The notes: generated by a model not told the origin, from the sequence alone. A DNA stretch of 64,000 nt from Candidatus Hadarchaeales archaeon (GCA_038736355.1 JAVYML010000003.1:285314-349313), one strand, 5' to 3'. Numbered from the stretch's first letter, positions 51,951 through 60,909 are shown. A program made the numbers and translations.

Positions 51951-52573
51951 GGTCTCCTCAGCCTCCTGCAGGTCTCCCAGGATTTCCTGGCGAAAGGGGG
52001 CAGTTCCCCATGTTCCTCCACCCACCTTCGGAGGAAGCTGACGGTCAGGGGATCATGGCTATAGCCTGAGCCCACTTCCCCGTACTTCTTCTTGAGCTCG
52101 GCCAGCCTCGCATCCCTCCTCACCTTCGCCAGGATGGAAGCCGCCCCCACCACCGTGTACTTCCTGTCCGCGGAGTTCTCTACCTTCAGTTCCACTTCTA
52201 TCCTCAGATACCTTTCAAGTCTTTTCCGGAAGAGCTCGGGATTGGGATCGGGTGAGTCCACATATGCCACCTCTGGCTTCAACTCGTTCAGGATGCGGGC
52301 GAACTCCCTGGCCTCCAGTTCGTTGAGGTTCATCCCCTTTTGTAGGGAAGCATCTATCTCGGCTGGCTGGAGTTCCACCAACCTCACCTTCTTACACAGG
52401 GAGAGGATGAGGGGGGCCAGCCTTTCCCTTCTGGCTGGGGAGAGGAGTTTGGAGTCCCTCACACCCATCCCTTTCATCTCCTCCAGAACCCCTTCCTCCA
52501 CCACCAAGCCGCAGAGGACCATCGGACCCAGCACGGGACCCCTTCCAGCCTCGTCCAATCCGGCCACTTCCAC
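51947..52573 (-). CDS. rnhB: ribonuclease HII
   Basis: VAGLDEAGRGPVLGPMV catalytic motif immediately after the GTG at 52573, and DSKLLS. The 289-aa track ORF has about 80 N-terminal residues of non-RNase sequence that would overlap the neighbouring gene, so the start is trimmed to 209 aa. Confidence 0.85.
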   Translation of the reverse strand: MEVAGLDEAGRGPVLGPMVLCGLVVEEGVLEEMKGMGVRDSKLLSPARRERLAPLILSLCKKVRLVELQPAEIDASLQKGMNLNELEAREFARILNELKPEVAYVDSPDPNPELFRKRLERYLRIEVELKVENSADRKYTVVGAASILAKVRRDARLAELKKKYGEVGSGYSHDPLTVSFLRRWVEEHGELPPFARKSWETCRRLRRP

Positions 52574-52624
52574 GGGAAAAGGAGGGAGGGAGAAGGCTAA
52601 ATCCTTCCCTTCCGAACCTCGAGG

Positions 52625-53170
52625 ATGAAGAATTTCCTCCTCACGGGAAGACCCGGGAGTGGGAAGAGTACGGTGATAAGCAAAACGGTTTCCCTCCTGA
52701 GGGAAAAGGGGGTGAAGGTGGGAGGAATCTATTGTCCGGAAGTGAGGGAGGGTGGAAAGAGGGTGGGTTTTGAAATAAGGGATTTGATGACCGGAGAAAG
52801 GGGTATCCTCGCCCACGTGGACCTACAAACCGAACCTCACGTGGGAAAGTATGGAGTGAACCTCGAGACCTTGGAGAGGATGGGAAGGGAAGGGATAAGG
52901 AGGGCCCTGGAAGGGGCGGAGGTGGTGGTGGTGGACGAAATAGGTCCCATGGAAGTACTAAGCAAGGGGTTCAGGGAAGCCGTGCTCCAAGCCCTTTCCT
53001 CCCCCCTTCCCGTCTTGGCCGCGGTACACTTCAAAACCCAGGGGGGCTTCATAGGGGAGGTGAAGAAGAGAAAGGACGTGAAGCTCCTGGAGGTTTCCCC
53101 CTCCAATCTTTCTTCCCTCCCTTCTCTCCTAGCCGGGGAAATCCTCGGGCTGGTAAGGGCTAAAGGCTGA
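52625..53170 (+). CDS. THEP1-type nucleoside triphosphatase (COG1618-like)
   Basis: 181 aa. Walker A LLTGRPGSGKST and Walker B VVVVDEIGPME. Confidence 0.8.
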   Translation: MKNFLLTGRPGSGKSTVISKTVSLLREKGVKVGGIYCPEVREGGKRVGFEIRDLMTGERGILAHVDLQTEPHVGKYGVNLETLERMGREGIRRALEGAEVVVVDEIGPMEVLSKGFREAVLQALSSPLPVLAAVHFKTQGGFIGEVKKRKDVKLLEVSPSNLSSLPSLLAGEILGLVRAKG

Positions 53171-53187
53171 AGCTCCCATCCCCATCG

Positions 53188-54273
53188 ATGCTCTACCTCC
53201 TGAGGTACGGTGAACTGGCCCTTAAGTCCGAACCAGTGAGGAAGAGATGGGAGGAAAGTCTGATCAGACAACTCAAGGCCCTTCCCGGGGTGGAGGAGGT
53301 GAGGAGGGAGAGGGGAAGGATATGGGTGGAAGGAGAAGTCCCCGAGGAAAAACTGAAGAAGGTCTTCGGGATAGTTTCCTTTTCTCCATGCGAGAAATGC
53401 GGGCTGGGAGAATTGGAAGAAAGGGTGGTGGAGTTTTGTAGGAGGGAAGGTTTTGGAGAGGGGGGAACCTTTGCGGTGAGGGTGAAGAGAACGGGGGACC
53501 ATCCCTTCACCTCCCCCCAGAAGGCTGCCGAACTGGGCTCCCTCCTCCAGCGAACCTTTGGGCTCAAGGTGGATCTGGAACATCCGACGAGGGAGCTCTT
53601 CGTGGAGATAAGGGGGGAGGAATGCTTCCTCTTCACAAAGGTGATAAGGGGCGCGGGGGGAATCCCGCTGGGGGTGGAGGGGAAAGTGGTTTCCCTCTTC
53701 TCGGGAGGAATAGACTCGCCCGTAGCCTCCTGGATGGTGATGAAGAGGGGATGTGAGGTCCTTCCCCTTTACTTCGATTCCCATCCCTTCATCCCCCGCG
53801 GAGCGAGGGAGAAGGCTGAAAGGGTGGTGAGGATTCTCTCCGAATACCAGCCCGGATTGGAGTTGGAGGTGAGGGAACATGGGGAGTTCCTCCAGAGGGC
53901 GAGGGAATTCCTCTGGAGGAGGGGGGAGGAGGGGTACCTCTGTCTCCTGTGCAAGAGGAGGATGTACAGGGTGGGGGAGGAAGTGGCCAGGGAAAGGGGT
54001 GCCTTGGCACTGGTGACGGGGGAAAGCCTGGGACAGGTGGCCTCCCAAACACTGGGGAACCTCAGGGTGCTCGAGGAGGCCTGTTCCCTGCCCGTTCTGA
54101 GGCCGCTCATAGGTTTTGACAAGGTGGAGATCGAGGAACTGGCGAGGAAAATAGGGACCTGGGAAGAATCCTCCAGGGAGGTGGGAAAGTGTGGTGCGGT
54201 GCCCCGCCATCCCGTAACCATGGCCAGCCTTGAAAAGGTAAAGAGACTCGAGGAAGAACTGGAAAAGGAATGA
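53188..54273 (+). CDS. thiI: tRNA 4-thiouridine synthase ThiI (THUMP + PP-loop, no rhodanese domain)
   Basis: 361 aa. LRYGELALKS start, THUMP region, PP-loop SGGIDSPVA, LVTGESLGQVASQT. Confidence 0.85.
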   Translation: MLYLLRYGELALKSEPVRKRWEESLIRQLKALPGVEEVRRERGRIWVEGEVPEEKLKKVFGIVSFSPCEKCGLGELEERVVEFCRREGFGEGGTFAVRVKRTGDHPFTSPQKAAELGSLLQRTFGLKVDLEHPTRELFVEIRGEECFLFTKVIRGAGGIPLGVEGKVVSLFSGGIDSPVASWMVMKRGCEVLPLYFDSHPFIPRGAREKAERVVRILSEYQPGLELEVREHGEFLQRAREFLWRRGEEGYLCLLCKRRMYRVGEEVARERGALALVTGESLGQVASQTLGNLRVLEEACSLPVLRPLIGFDKVEIEELARKIGTWEESSREVGKCGAVPRHPVTMASLEKVKRLEEELEKE

Positions 54274-54830
54274 GCCATCTCCCCTTCCTCGCCTCCCTCT
54301 CGATAGTCCTCCTGACCGAATTGGGGGACAAGACCCAACTGGCCGTCATCGCCCTTTCCACCCGCTACGGACGCCTGGCGGTCTTTTCCGGTTCCCTTCT
54401 CGCCGTCTGCCTGGTGGATGGGCTGGGTATCCTGGCGGGTACGGCCTCGGGTACCATCCTACCGGGGAAGATCCCCTCCCTCCTAGCCTCCTTTCTCTTC
54501 TTGACCTTTGGCTTCTGGATCCTCCTCCGAAAGGAGGAGGGGGAAAGGCTCAAGGCGGGAGGATCGGCCTTCCTTTCCTCCTTCCTCCTGATCTCCCTCA
54601 TGGAAGTGGGGGACAAAACCCAGATCTCCACCTTCGCCCTTTCGGTGGAATATCGAGAACCCCTCTGGATCCTCCTCGGGACCATGATAGCTTATTCCCT
54701 CTTGATGGGGGTGGGTGTAACGATTGGAAGTTATTTGGGAAGGCGTTTGCCCGAAAGAATCCTGAGGAAGGCTTCGGCAGCCCTCTTCCTGCTCTTGGGT
54801 TTCTTGCTCCTCCTCAGAACCCTGGGGTAA
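54270..54830 (+). CDS. UPF0016/GDT1 (TMEM165) family cation transporter
   Basis: 186 aa, six TM segments. Two copies of the E-x-G-D-K-T motif (ELGDKTQL, EVGDKTQI). Confidence 0.8.
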   Translation: MSHLPFLASLSIVLLTELGDKTQLAVIALSTRYGRLAVFSGSLLAVCLVDGLGILAGTASGTILPGKIPSLLASFLFLTFGFWILLRKEEGERLKAGGSAFLSSFLLISLMEVGDKTQISTFALSVEYREPLWILLGTMIAYSLLMGVGVTIGSYLGRRLPERILRKASAALFLLLGFLLLLRTLG

Positions 54831-54863
54831 CAAGGTTAAAGGGGGGAAAGAGGAAAAAAGGAG

Positions 54864-55403
54864 ATGCCTCGGGCCCTTCTGATCGTGGACATGCTGAACG
54901 ATTTCGTCACGGGGAAGTTCGGTTTTCAGGGGGCCAAAAGAATCGTTCCCAGGCTGAAGGAATTCCTGGAAGAATGGAGGAAAGGGGGGGAGCCCGTGAT
55001 TTATGTCTGTGATTCCCACCCGCCCGAGGATGGTGAATTCGCCCTCTGGGGTCCGCATGCGGTAAAGGGCACGGAAGGTGCAAGGGTGATCCCGGAGCTG
55101 GAACCCAAGCCTGGGGAGAAAATGGTGGAGAAGAGGAGATACAGCGGTTTCTTCGAAACGGAACTGGAAAAGGTATTGAAGGAGAAGGGGGTGGAGGAGG
55201 TAGTGCTCACGGGAGTCCTCACGGACTTCTGCATCCTCCACACCGCCGCCGACGCCTTCTTCAGGGGTTACAGGGTTACCGTGTTGAGGGATTGCGTGGC
55301 TTCCACCAGCCAAAAGGCCCACCATTGGGCCCTGAAGTACATGAGAAAAGCCTACGGGGCTAGGATAACGAGTTCCAAGAAGCTCCTGGGGGGAAAGGGG
55401 TGA
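54864..55403 (+). CDS. pncA: isochorismatase-family nicotinamidase
   Basis: 179 aa. ALLIVDMLNDF start and catalytic-Cys region LTGVLTDFCILHTA. Adjacent to the NAPRTase gene. Confidence 0.8.
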   Translation: MPRALLIVDMLNDFVTGKFGFQGAKRIVPRLKEFLEEWRKGGEPVIYVCDSHPPEDGEFALWGPHAVKGTEGARVIPELEPKPGEKMVEKRRYSGFFETELEKVLKEKGVEEVVLTGVLTDFCILHTAADAFFRGYRVTVLRDCVASTSQKAHHWALKYMRKAYGARITSSKKLLGGKG

Positions 55404-56590
55404 GACTCTTCCACATCGCCTCGGACGAGGAGATAAGGGCCGGAGAAACCACCGATGTCTACTTCAGGAGAACCATGCAGGTCCTGAGGGAGAAGGGACT
55501 GGAGCGGAAGAGGGTGGTGGCCGAAGTGACCACCCCTTCCCTTCCCAAGGGATGGGAATGGGGCATCCTCTGCGGGGTGGAAGAGGTGGCGAGGCTCTTC
55601 GAGGGAAGGGGGGTCAACCTCTTTTCCCTCCCCGAGGGAACCGTCTTCCATCCGGAAGACGTGAACGGGGTGAGGATACCCGTGATGGTGATCGAGGGAC
55701 CCTACGGAGAATTCTGTGAGCTGGAAACCCCCCTCTTGGGACTCCTCTGCCAGGCTTCGGGAATAGCCACGATGGCTGGAAGGCTGAGGAAGCTCGTGGG
55801 GAATAAGCTCTTGATAGGGTTTGGGATAAGGAGGATCCATCCGGCCTTAGCTCCGATGGTGGATAGGGCTTCCTACATAGGGGGAATGGATGGGGTTTCG
55901 AGTTTGGCTGGAGCGAGGGCCATAGGAAAGGAACCCATGGGTACCATGCCCCATGCCCTCATCATCGTGATGGGGGATCAGGTGAGGGCCTGGAAGGCCT
56001 TCGATGAGGTCATCCCTCCCGAGGTCCCCAGGATAGCCCTGGTGGATACCTATTTCGACGAGAAGACCGAGGCCATCATGGCAGCGGAAGCCTTGGGGGA
56101 GAAGCTTTGGGGGGTGAGGCTCGACACCCCTTCCTCGAGGAGGGGCAACATGGCCTCCATCATCAAGGAAGTGAGGTGGGAGCTCGACGTGAGGGGATAC
56201 TCCCACGTGAAAATCATCGTCTCGGGAGGCATCAACGAAGAGAACATAAGAGAACTCTCGAAGGCGGGGGCGGATGGCTTCGGGGTGGGGACCTCCCTGA
56301 GCAACGCCCCCACGATAGACTTTGCCCTCGACATCGTGGAGATGGAGGGAAAACCCGTGGCGAAGAGGGGAAAGCTGGGGGGAAGGAAGGAAGTGTGGAG
56401 GTGTGAGAAATGTTTGAGGGAAAAGGTCCTACCCTTTGGGAGGGGACCTCCCACCTGCCCTTCCTGTGGTTCCCCCTGCTCACCCCTCCTCCAACCCCTG
56501 ATCTCTGAGGGGAAGATAACCCCCCTTCCCTCGGTGGAGGAGATAAGGAAAAGGGTGCTCGAACAGCTGGAGAAGCTGCCCCCCCTTTGA
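55400..56590 (+). CDS. pncB: nicotinate phosphoribosyltransferase (archaeal type)
   Basis: 396 aa. TDVYF start region, MPHALI and GVRLDTPSSRRG motifs, C-terminal Zn-ribbon-like CEKC...CPSCG. GTGA overlap with pncA. Confidence 0.85.
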   Translation: MRLFHIASDEEIRAGETTDVYFRRTMQVLREKGLERKRVVAEVTTPSLPKGWEWGILCGVEEVARLFEGRGVNLFSLPEGTVFHPEDVNGVRIPVMVIEGPYGEFCELETPLLGLLCQASGIATMAGRLRKLVGNKLLIGFGIRRIHPALAPMVDRASYIGGMDGVSSLAGARAIGKEPMGTMPHALIIVMGDQVRAWKAFDEVIPPEVPRIALVDTYFDEKTEAIMAAEALGEKLWGVRLDTPSSRRGNMASIIKEVRWELDVRGYSHVKIIVSGGINEENIRELSKAGADGFGVGTSLSNAPTIDFALDIVEMEGKPVAKRGKLGGRKEVWRCEKCLREKVLPFGRGPPTCPSCGSPCSPLLQPLISEGKITPLPSVEEIRKRVLEQLEKLPPL

Positions 56591-56626
56591 AGAAAAAACC
56601 AAATAGTTCCCCGGAGAGGTGAGGGG

Positions 56627-58099
56627 ATGGAACTGGACGCACAGGAAGCCAAGCTCCTTCTCTTCTTGAAGGAGAAGGGGGAAGCCTGGCTGGAGGAAGT
56701 GGAAAGGGGAACGGGTCTCGACCCCTCCAGCCTGCTCAGGGCCCTCTCAACCCTTAACCGGAGGGGTTACCTCTCCGTCAAGGAAGAGAGATCCTTCCTC
56801 CTTTCGGCCACGGAGGAGGGAAGGAAGTACGGCAGGGAAGGGCTACCGGAGAGGAGGCTGCTCAGAAGCTTGGCGGAGGGGGAAAGGGGGGTGGAGGAAC
56901 TTGGTGGCAAGGAAGAGATCACCATAGCGTTGGGATGGCTGAGGAAAAAGGGACTGGCCGAAGTAACGGGTGGAAAGGTCAGGCTCACCCAGAAGGGTCG
57001 GGAGGCCCTTTCCGGGGAATGGCCGGAGGAAGAACTCCTCCGAAGGCTTTCCGAAGGGATGCTCACCCTTTCCGAACTTCCCCCCCATGTCGAAACCCTG
57101 AAGAGAAGGGGGCTGGTGGAGGTAAGGGAAAAGGTCAGGAGACTCCTCTCCCTCACGGAGGAGGGGGGGAAGATAGCTACCCAAGTGAGGGTGCAGGAGG
57201 AGGTCACGGAACTCACCCACGAGATGTTGGTAACGGGGAAATGGAAGGAGGTGAAGTTCAAGAAATACGATCCCTCCGAAACCGTTCCCTCCCTCTATCC
57301 CGGAAAAATCCATCCCCAACAGAGGATCATCCAGGAGGTGAGGGAAATCCTGCTCGCCATGGGTTTCGTGGAGATAAAGGCAAGAGTCGTGGAATCGGAA
57401 TTCTGGAACTTCGATGCCCTCTTCCAGGCACAGGACCATCCAGCCAGGGAGATCCACAGCAACTTTACCCTCTCCCGTCCCTCCATCACCAAGCTCCCAC
57501 CCAGGGAACTCCTGAGGAAGGTGGCAAGGGCCCACGAAAGGGGGGTGGAAGGGTCCACCGGATGGGGCTACAGGTTCAATCCGGAGATAAGCAGGAGGGC
57601 CGTCCTCTGCTCCCAGACCACCGCCGCCACCGTGAGGTATCTCTCCACCCATCCCCATCCCCCGCTCAAGGTCTTCTGCATAGATAGGGTGTACAGGCAC
57701 GAGAGGATAGACTACAAGCATCTGGCGGAGTTCTACCAGTGCGAAGGGATCGTGATGGACGAGGGGCTTACCTTCAGGGACATGCTCGGATACCTAAAGC
57801 TCATCCTCAACCAGCTGGGCTTCGAAGAAGTGAGGTTTCGCCCCGGTTACTTCCCCTTCACCGAACCCTCCGTGGAGGCTGAGGTCTACCACTCCAAGAG
57901 GGGGGAGTGGGTGGAGGTACTGGGGGCGGGGATGTTCAGACCCGAACTCCTGAGACCCCTCGGTGTGAAGCATCCCGTGCTCGCGTGGGGAATAGGACTC
58001 TCCAGGCTCGTGATGATGAAGCTGGGACTGGAAGACATAAGGGACCTCTTCTGTAACGACTTGGAAACCCTCTGGAAGTGGGGAATGGGGGGAAAGTAG
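56627..58099 (+). CDS. pheS: phenylalanine-tRNA ligase alpha subunit
   Basis: 490 aa. N-terminal winged-helix repeats and class II motifs (HPAREIH, FRPGYFPFTEPS, GAGMFRPE). Confidence 0.9.
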   Translation: MELDAQEAKLLLFLKEKGEAWLEEVERGTGLDPSSLLRALSTLNRRGYLSVKEERSFLLSATEEGRKYGREGLPERRLLRSLAEGERGVEELGGKEEITIALGWLRKKGLAEVTGGKVRLTQKGREALSGEWPEEELLRRLSEGMLTLSELPPHVETLKRRGLVEVREKVRRLLSLTEEGGKIATQVRVQEEVTELTHEMLVTGKWKEVKFKKYDPSETVPSLYPGKIHPQQRIIQEVREILLAMGFVEIKARVVESEFWNFDALFQAQDHPAREIHSNFTLSRPSITKLPPRELLRKVARAHERGVEGSTGWGYRFNPEISRRAVLCSQTTAATVRYLSTHPHPPLKVFCIDRVYRHERIDYKHLAEFYQCEGIVMDEGLTFRDMLGYLKLILNQLGFEEVRFRPGYFPFTEPSVEAEVYHSKRGEWVEVLGAGMFRPELLRPLGVKHPVLAWGIGLSRLVMMKLGLEDIRDLFCNDLETLWKWGMGGK

Positions 58100-59749
58100 A
58101 TGCCCACCCTTTCCGTGAACTTGGAGGATTTCTATTCCCTGCTGGGGGAGAGAAGGGAGGGAAAGGAGCTTTGTGAGAACCTGGCCCTCATGGGGGTGGA
58201 GGCGGAACTGTCGGGGGAAGAACTCAGGATGGAAATCCTACACAACCGACCCGACCTCCTGAGTCCGGAAGGGGTGGCAAGGGCTCTGAAGGGTTTTCTG
58301 GGAAGGGAGAGGGGGCTGCCCTCCTATCACCTCTCCCGTTCCGGGATCGTCGTGAAGGTGGACAGGAGTGTGGGGAAGGTTAGACCCTTCATAGCCGCAG
58401 GGGTGGTGAGGGGAGTGAAACTCACCGAAAGGGTGCTGGTCTCCCTCATGCAGACCCAGGAGAAGCTCCATGAGTTCCTCGGAAGGAGGAGGAAGGGCTC
58501 CATAGGTGTATATGACCTGGACAAGGTAGAACCTCCCTTCACCTATACCACCGTTGGTCCGGAAGAGCTTTCCTTCGTTCCCCTCGATTTCAGGGAAAGC
58601 CTCACTCCCTCCCAGATCCTTAACCTCCACCCGAAGGGAAGGGAATATGGGTGGATCCTGGAGGGAAAGGAGAGGTATCCCATCCTCCTCGATTGCAGGG
58701 GAAGGGTCCTTTCTCTACCCCCGATCATCAACAGCGAGGAAACGAGGGTTACGGAAGCCACCACCAACCTCTTCATAGACGTCACGGGGGAGAAGGAAGA
58801 ACTGGTACAACTCGGTCTGGTGCTCATGATGACCTCTCTGGCGGAGAGGGGCTTCGACCTCCAAACCGTCAGGATCCAGTATCCGAACAGGAAGTTGGAG
58901 ACCCCTTCCCTGAAGCCGCGTAGGTTCGAACTGGAAGAGGATCGGGTAAGGGAAGTGCTGGGGCTGGACCTGAAGGCCGGAAGGATAGCGGGGATCCTCA
59001 GGAGGATGAGATACGGAGTGGAAGTGAAGGGAAAGCGCTTGGTCGTGCTCGCCCCACCCTTCAGGGCCGACCTCCTCCATCCGGTGGATCTGCTGGAGGA
59101 CGTGGCCATAGGATACGGATACGATAGGATACCCCCCCGCGTGAAGGGGGTGAACACCGTGGGGAAGAAGGCGGAGGTGGAGAGGCTCTCGGATCTCGTG
59201 CGCTTGGTCATGGTGGGATTGGGTTTCACGGAAGTGATGACCTATACCCTCACCAATCCCAAGATGAACTTCGAAATGATGAGGACAAAGGGAGAAGCGG
59301 TGGAGGTGGGAAACCCCATCTCCGAAGAATTCACCATCCTCAGGACTTGGCTCCTCCCCTCCCTGCTGGCGGTGTTGCGCTCCAACAAAAAACATCCCCT
59401 CCCCCAGAGGATTTTCGAAGTGGGAAACGTGGTGTTGCTGGATGAGGGGGCGGAAACGGGGGCCAGGGAGGTGCGCAGGCTCGGTGCCTGTGTGATAGGG
59501 AAGGGGGCTGGATGGAACCTCATCAAGGCTGTGGCCGAGGCCCTCCTGAGGGAATTCGGCATCCTCCCCGAAATCAAGCCCCTGAACCATCCGAGCTTCC
59601 TAGAGGGGAGGGCGGCGGAGTTCTTTTGGAAGGGCAAGAGGCTTGGGATGGCGGGGGAGGTGCATCCGGAAGTGCTGCTGGCCTTCGAGCTGGAGCATCC
59701 GGTGGCTTCCCTGGAGCTCGACGTGGAAGCCTTGGCAGGAGATAAATAG
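58100..59749 (+). CDS. pheT: phenylalanine-tRNA ligase beta subunit (archaeal form)
   Basis: 549 aa. The start abuts the pheS stop. B3/4 and B5 domain-like sequence. HPVDLLEDVAIGYGYD motif. Confidence 0.9.
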   Translation: MPTLSVNLEDFYSLLGERREGKELCENLALMGVEAELSGEELRMEILHNRPDLLSPEGVARALKGFLGRERGLPSYHLSRSGIVVKVDRSVGKVRPFIAAGVVRGVKLTERVLVSLMQTQEKLHEFLGRRRKGSIGVYDLDKVEPPFTYTTVGPEELSFVPLDFRESLTPSQILNLHPKGREYGWILEGKERYPILLDCRGRVLSLPPIINSEETRVTEATTNLFIDVTGEKEELVQLGLVLMMTSLAERGFDLQTVRIQYPNRKLETPSLKPRRFELEEDRVREVLGLDLKAGRIAGILRRMRYGVEVKGKRLVVLAPPFRADLLHPVDLLEDVAIGYGYDRIPPRVKGVNTVGKKAEVERLSDLVRLVMVGLGFTEVMTYTLTNPKMNFEMMRTKGEAVEVGNPISEEFTILRTWLLPSLLAVLRSNKKHPLPQRIFEVGNVVLLDEGAETGAREVRRLGACVIGKGAGWNLIKAVAEALLREFGILPEIKPLNHPSFLEGRAAEFFWKGKRLGMAGEVHPEVLLAFELEHPVASLELDVEALAGDK

Positions 59750-59789
59750 GTGGAACCATAGAATGAATTTGGCCATGAAGGACTTTCCG

Positions 59790-60040
59790 CGGTCGAAAGG
59801 GCTGGCGGGATCCGTGAACGCCGGTGCATCGCCGCGGGTACACCGGAGCCACTGCCGGGAAAGCCGTACCATTTGGGTCCTCCCGCGAGTTCAGGGCGGG
59901 AACACCCTGCGATGAGCGGGTAGCCAACCCTGGTACGCAACACCGGCAGGCCCCGTCTTCCCACCACGAGGGTTAGCGGGTGGAGAGCGCCGGAAGGCGT
60001 ACGAGGAAACCCGTGGTTAGTGTGTTGGGAAGCGGGGCAC
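59790..60040 (+). ncRNA. candidate structured RNA, family unassigned
   Basis: GC-rich non-coding stretch with nested helices on the plus strand. CUGGCGG(59802-59808)/CUGCCGG, CCGGUG/CACCGG around a 14-nt loop, GGG-UCCU-CCC. A roughly 90-nt imperfect hairpin spans 59949-60039 (GCCCCG.CUUCCCA..ACGAGGGUU / AACCCGUGG...UGGGAAGCGGGGC), capped by GCGCC-GGAA-GGCGU. GNRA-type loops appear only in the plus orientation. The extent is uncertain, and the 3' third overlaps the end of the minus-strand ORF 59973-60227. Confidence 0.3.
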
Positions 60041-60227
60041 CTCTGAAAAGGCTAAGGGCGGAGAGACTTGGGAGGATCTCGTTCTCCAGGACATTATCCA
60101 GTTGCTGACGCACGGTGGAGAAGAGGGAGGAGGAAGAATAGTAAAGAATACTGACCACCCCCGCCACGGTGATGAGTACCGCTGCTAGGATGAGGAGGTA
60201 TTCCAGCGCTCCCTGGGCCCTGTTCAT
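59973..60227 (-). CDS. small prepilin-like protein with class III signal peptide (P0)
   Basis: 84 aa. MNRA|QGALEYLLILAAVLITVAGVVSILYY shows a short basic leader, Ala/Gly cleavage context, Glu at +5 and a hydrophobic helix. Confidence 0.65.
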   Translation of the reverse strand: MNRAQGALEYLLILAAVLITVAGVVSILYYSSSSLFSTVRQQLDNVLENEILPSLSALSLFRGAPLPNTLTTGFLVRLPALSTR

Positions 60228-60237
60228 CTTTCCTTTA

Positions 60238-60294
60238 GGTTTGCCAGGAGTATTAACTTACCGTGAGAAGGGTTTGCCAATTTCTTAATACTCC
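60238..60294. promoter_or_regulatory. mirrored divergent promoter: 10-bp inverted repeat GGAGTATTAA / TTAATACTCC plus direct repeat GGTTTGCCA x2
   Basis: GGTTTGCCA occurs at 60238-60246 and 60271-60279. GGAGTATTAA lies at 60247-60256 and its exact complement TTAATACTCC at 60285-60294. Each TATTAA core is about 25 nt from the start codon it faces (60227 minus strand, 60313 plus strand). Confidence 0.45.
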
Positions 60295-60312
60295 CCTCAC
60301 CCTCTCTTCTCG

Positions 60313-60909
60313 ATGGAGGAGGGGCAGGTGGGTCTGGAGTTCCTCATCATTTTCAGTAGCCTAATGGTGCTCCTGGCCGCCCTCACCCTTCCCCTGTACC
60401 AAGAGGCGAGGGACAAGGCACGGAAATTCTCCGTCCTCGCTGAGACAAGGGAAACTGCTGGGAAGATAGCGGCCGCCATAAACGCGGTATATGGAGCGGG
60501 ACCGGGAGCGAGGACCCAGACAGAGGTTTGGTTCCCCAAAGAGGTGGTTGGAATCCAAATAGGTGGATACGGCAACCTGGATGTGGATGGACTCGTGGCT
60601 TCGGACGGGGAAATCCGGAAGAATGGGAGAGCGGATGTGAGGATTCTGCTCGATTTCGATGGAGATGGAAAGTGGGACAACAAATTGGGCTCCACCGTGG
60701 TGGTGGATACCCTTCTTCCCAGTAGATGGTGGGAAAATGGGGAAGAGAGGGGAGGAAGATGGGTGAGGGAAAATGGGGTTCACGTAGAGGAAAACTTCTT
60801 CCTTCTCCCTGGCATGAGGACCAAGCATAAACTCACCTTCACCTTCGTATACGACCCCTTCCATACCTATCCGCGCAGGATCTTACTCTTAGACGAGGTG
60901 ATGGGATGA
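60313..60909 (+). CDS. prepilin-like protein P1 (198 aa)
   Basis: MEEG|QVGLEFLIIFSSLMVLLAALTL class III signal peptide with Glu at +5. DFDGDGKWDN (about nt 60652-60681) resembles a DxDxDG calcium-binding loop. Confidence 0.7.
   Translation: MEEGQVGLEFLIIFSSLMVLLAALTLPLYQEARDKARKFSVLAETRETAGKIAAAINAVYGAGPGARTQTEVWFPKEVVGIQIGGYGNLDVDGLVASDGEIRKNGRADVRILLDFDGDGKWDNKLGSTVVVDTLLPSRWWENGEERGGRWVRENGVHVEENFFLLPGMRTKHKLTFTFVYDPFHTYPRRILLLDEVMG

Noticed and set aside
59792-59930. Possible 5S rRNA. Strings resemble GGGUC.CCC-GCGAG-...GGGCGGGAAC. End-pairing helices give 122- or 132-nt candidates. There is a GUA/GAA loop-E-like pair.
   Set aside because: The universally conserved loop C / helix III block (CGAAC...GGAAGU(U/G)AA(G/A)C) is absent. 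The spacing between the loop-E-like elements is about 12 nt too long. Two mutually exclusive helix I options exist. The region is kept only as an unassigned structured-RNA candidate.
59750-60080. SRP (7S) RNA or RNase P RNA.
   Set aside because: For SRP RNA, I found no helix 8 AGG...GGAA...AGCA motif and no 5'/3' helix 5 pairing. For RNase P RNA, GGAAAGUCC occurs only on the minus strand at about 59785-59793, where the rest of an RNase P RNA would have to lie antisense inside pheT. A covariance-model scan is needed to settle either case.
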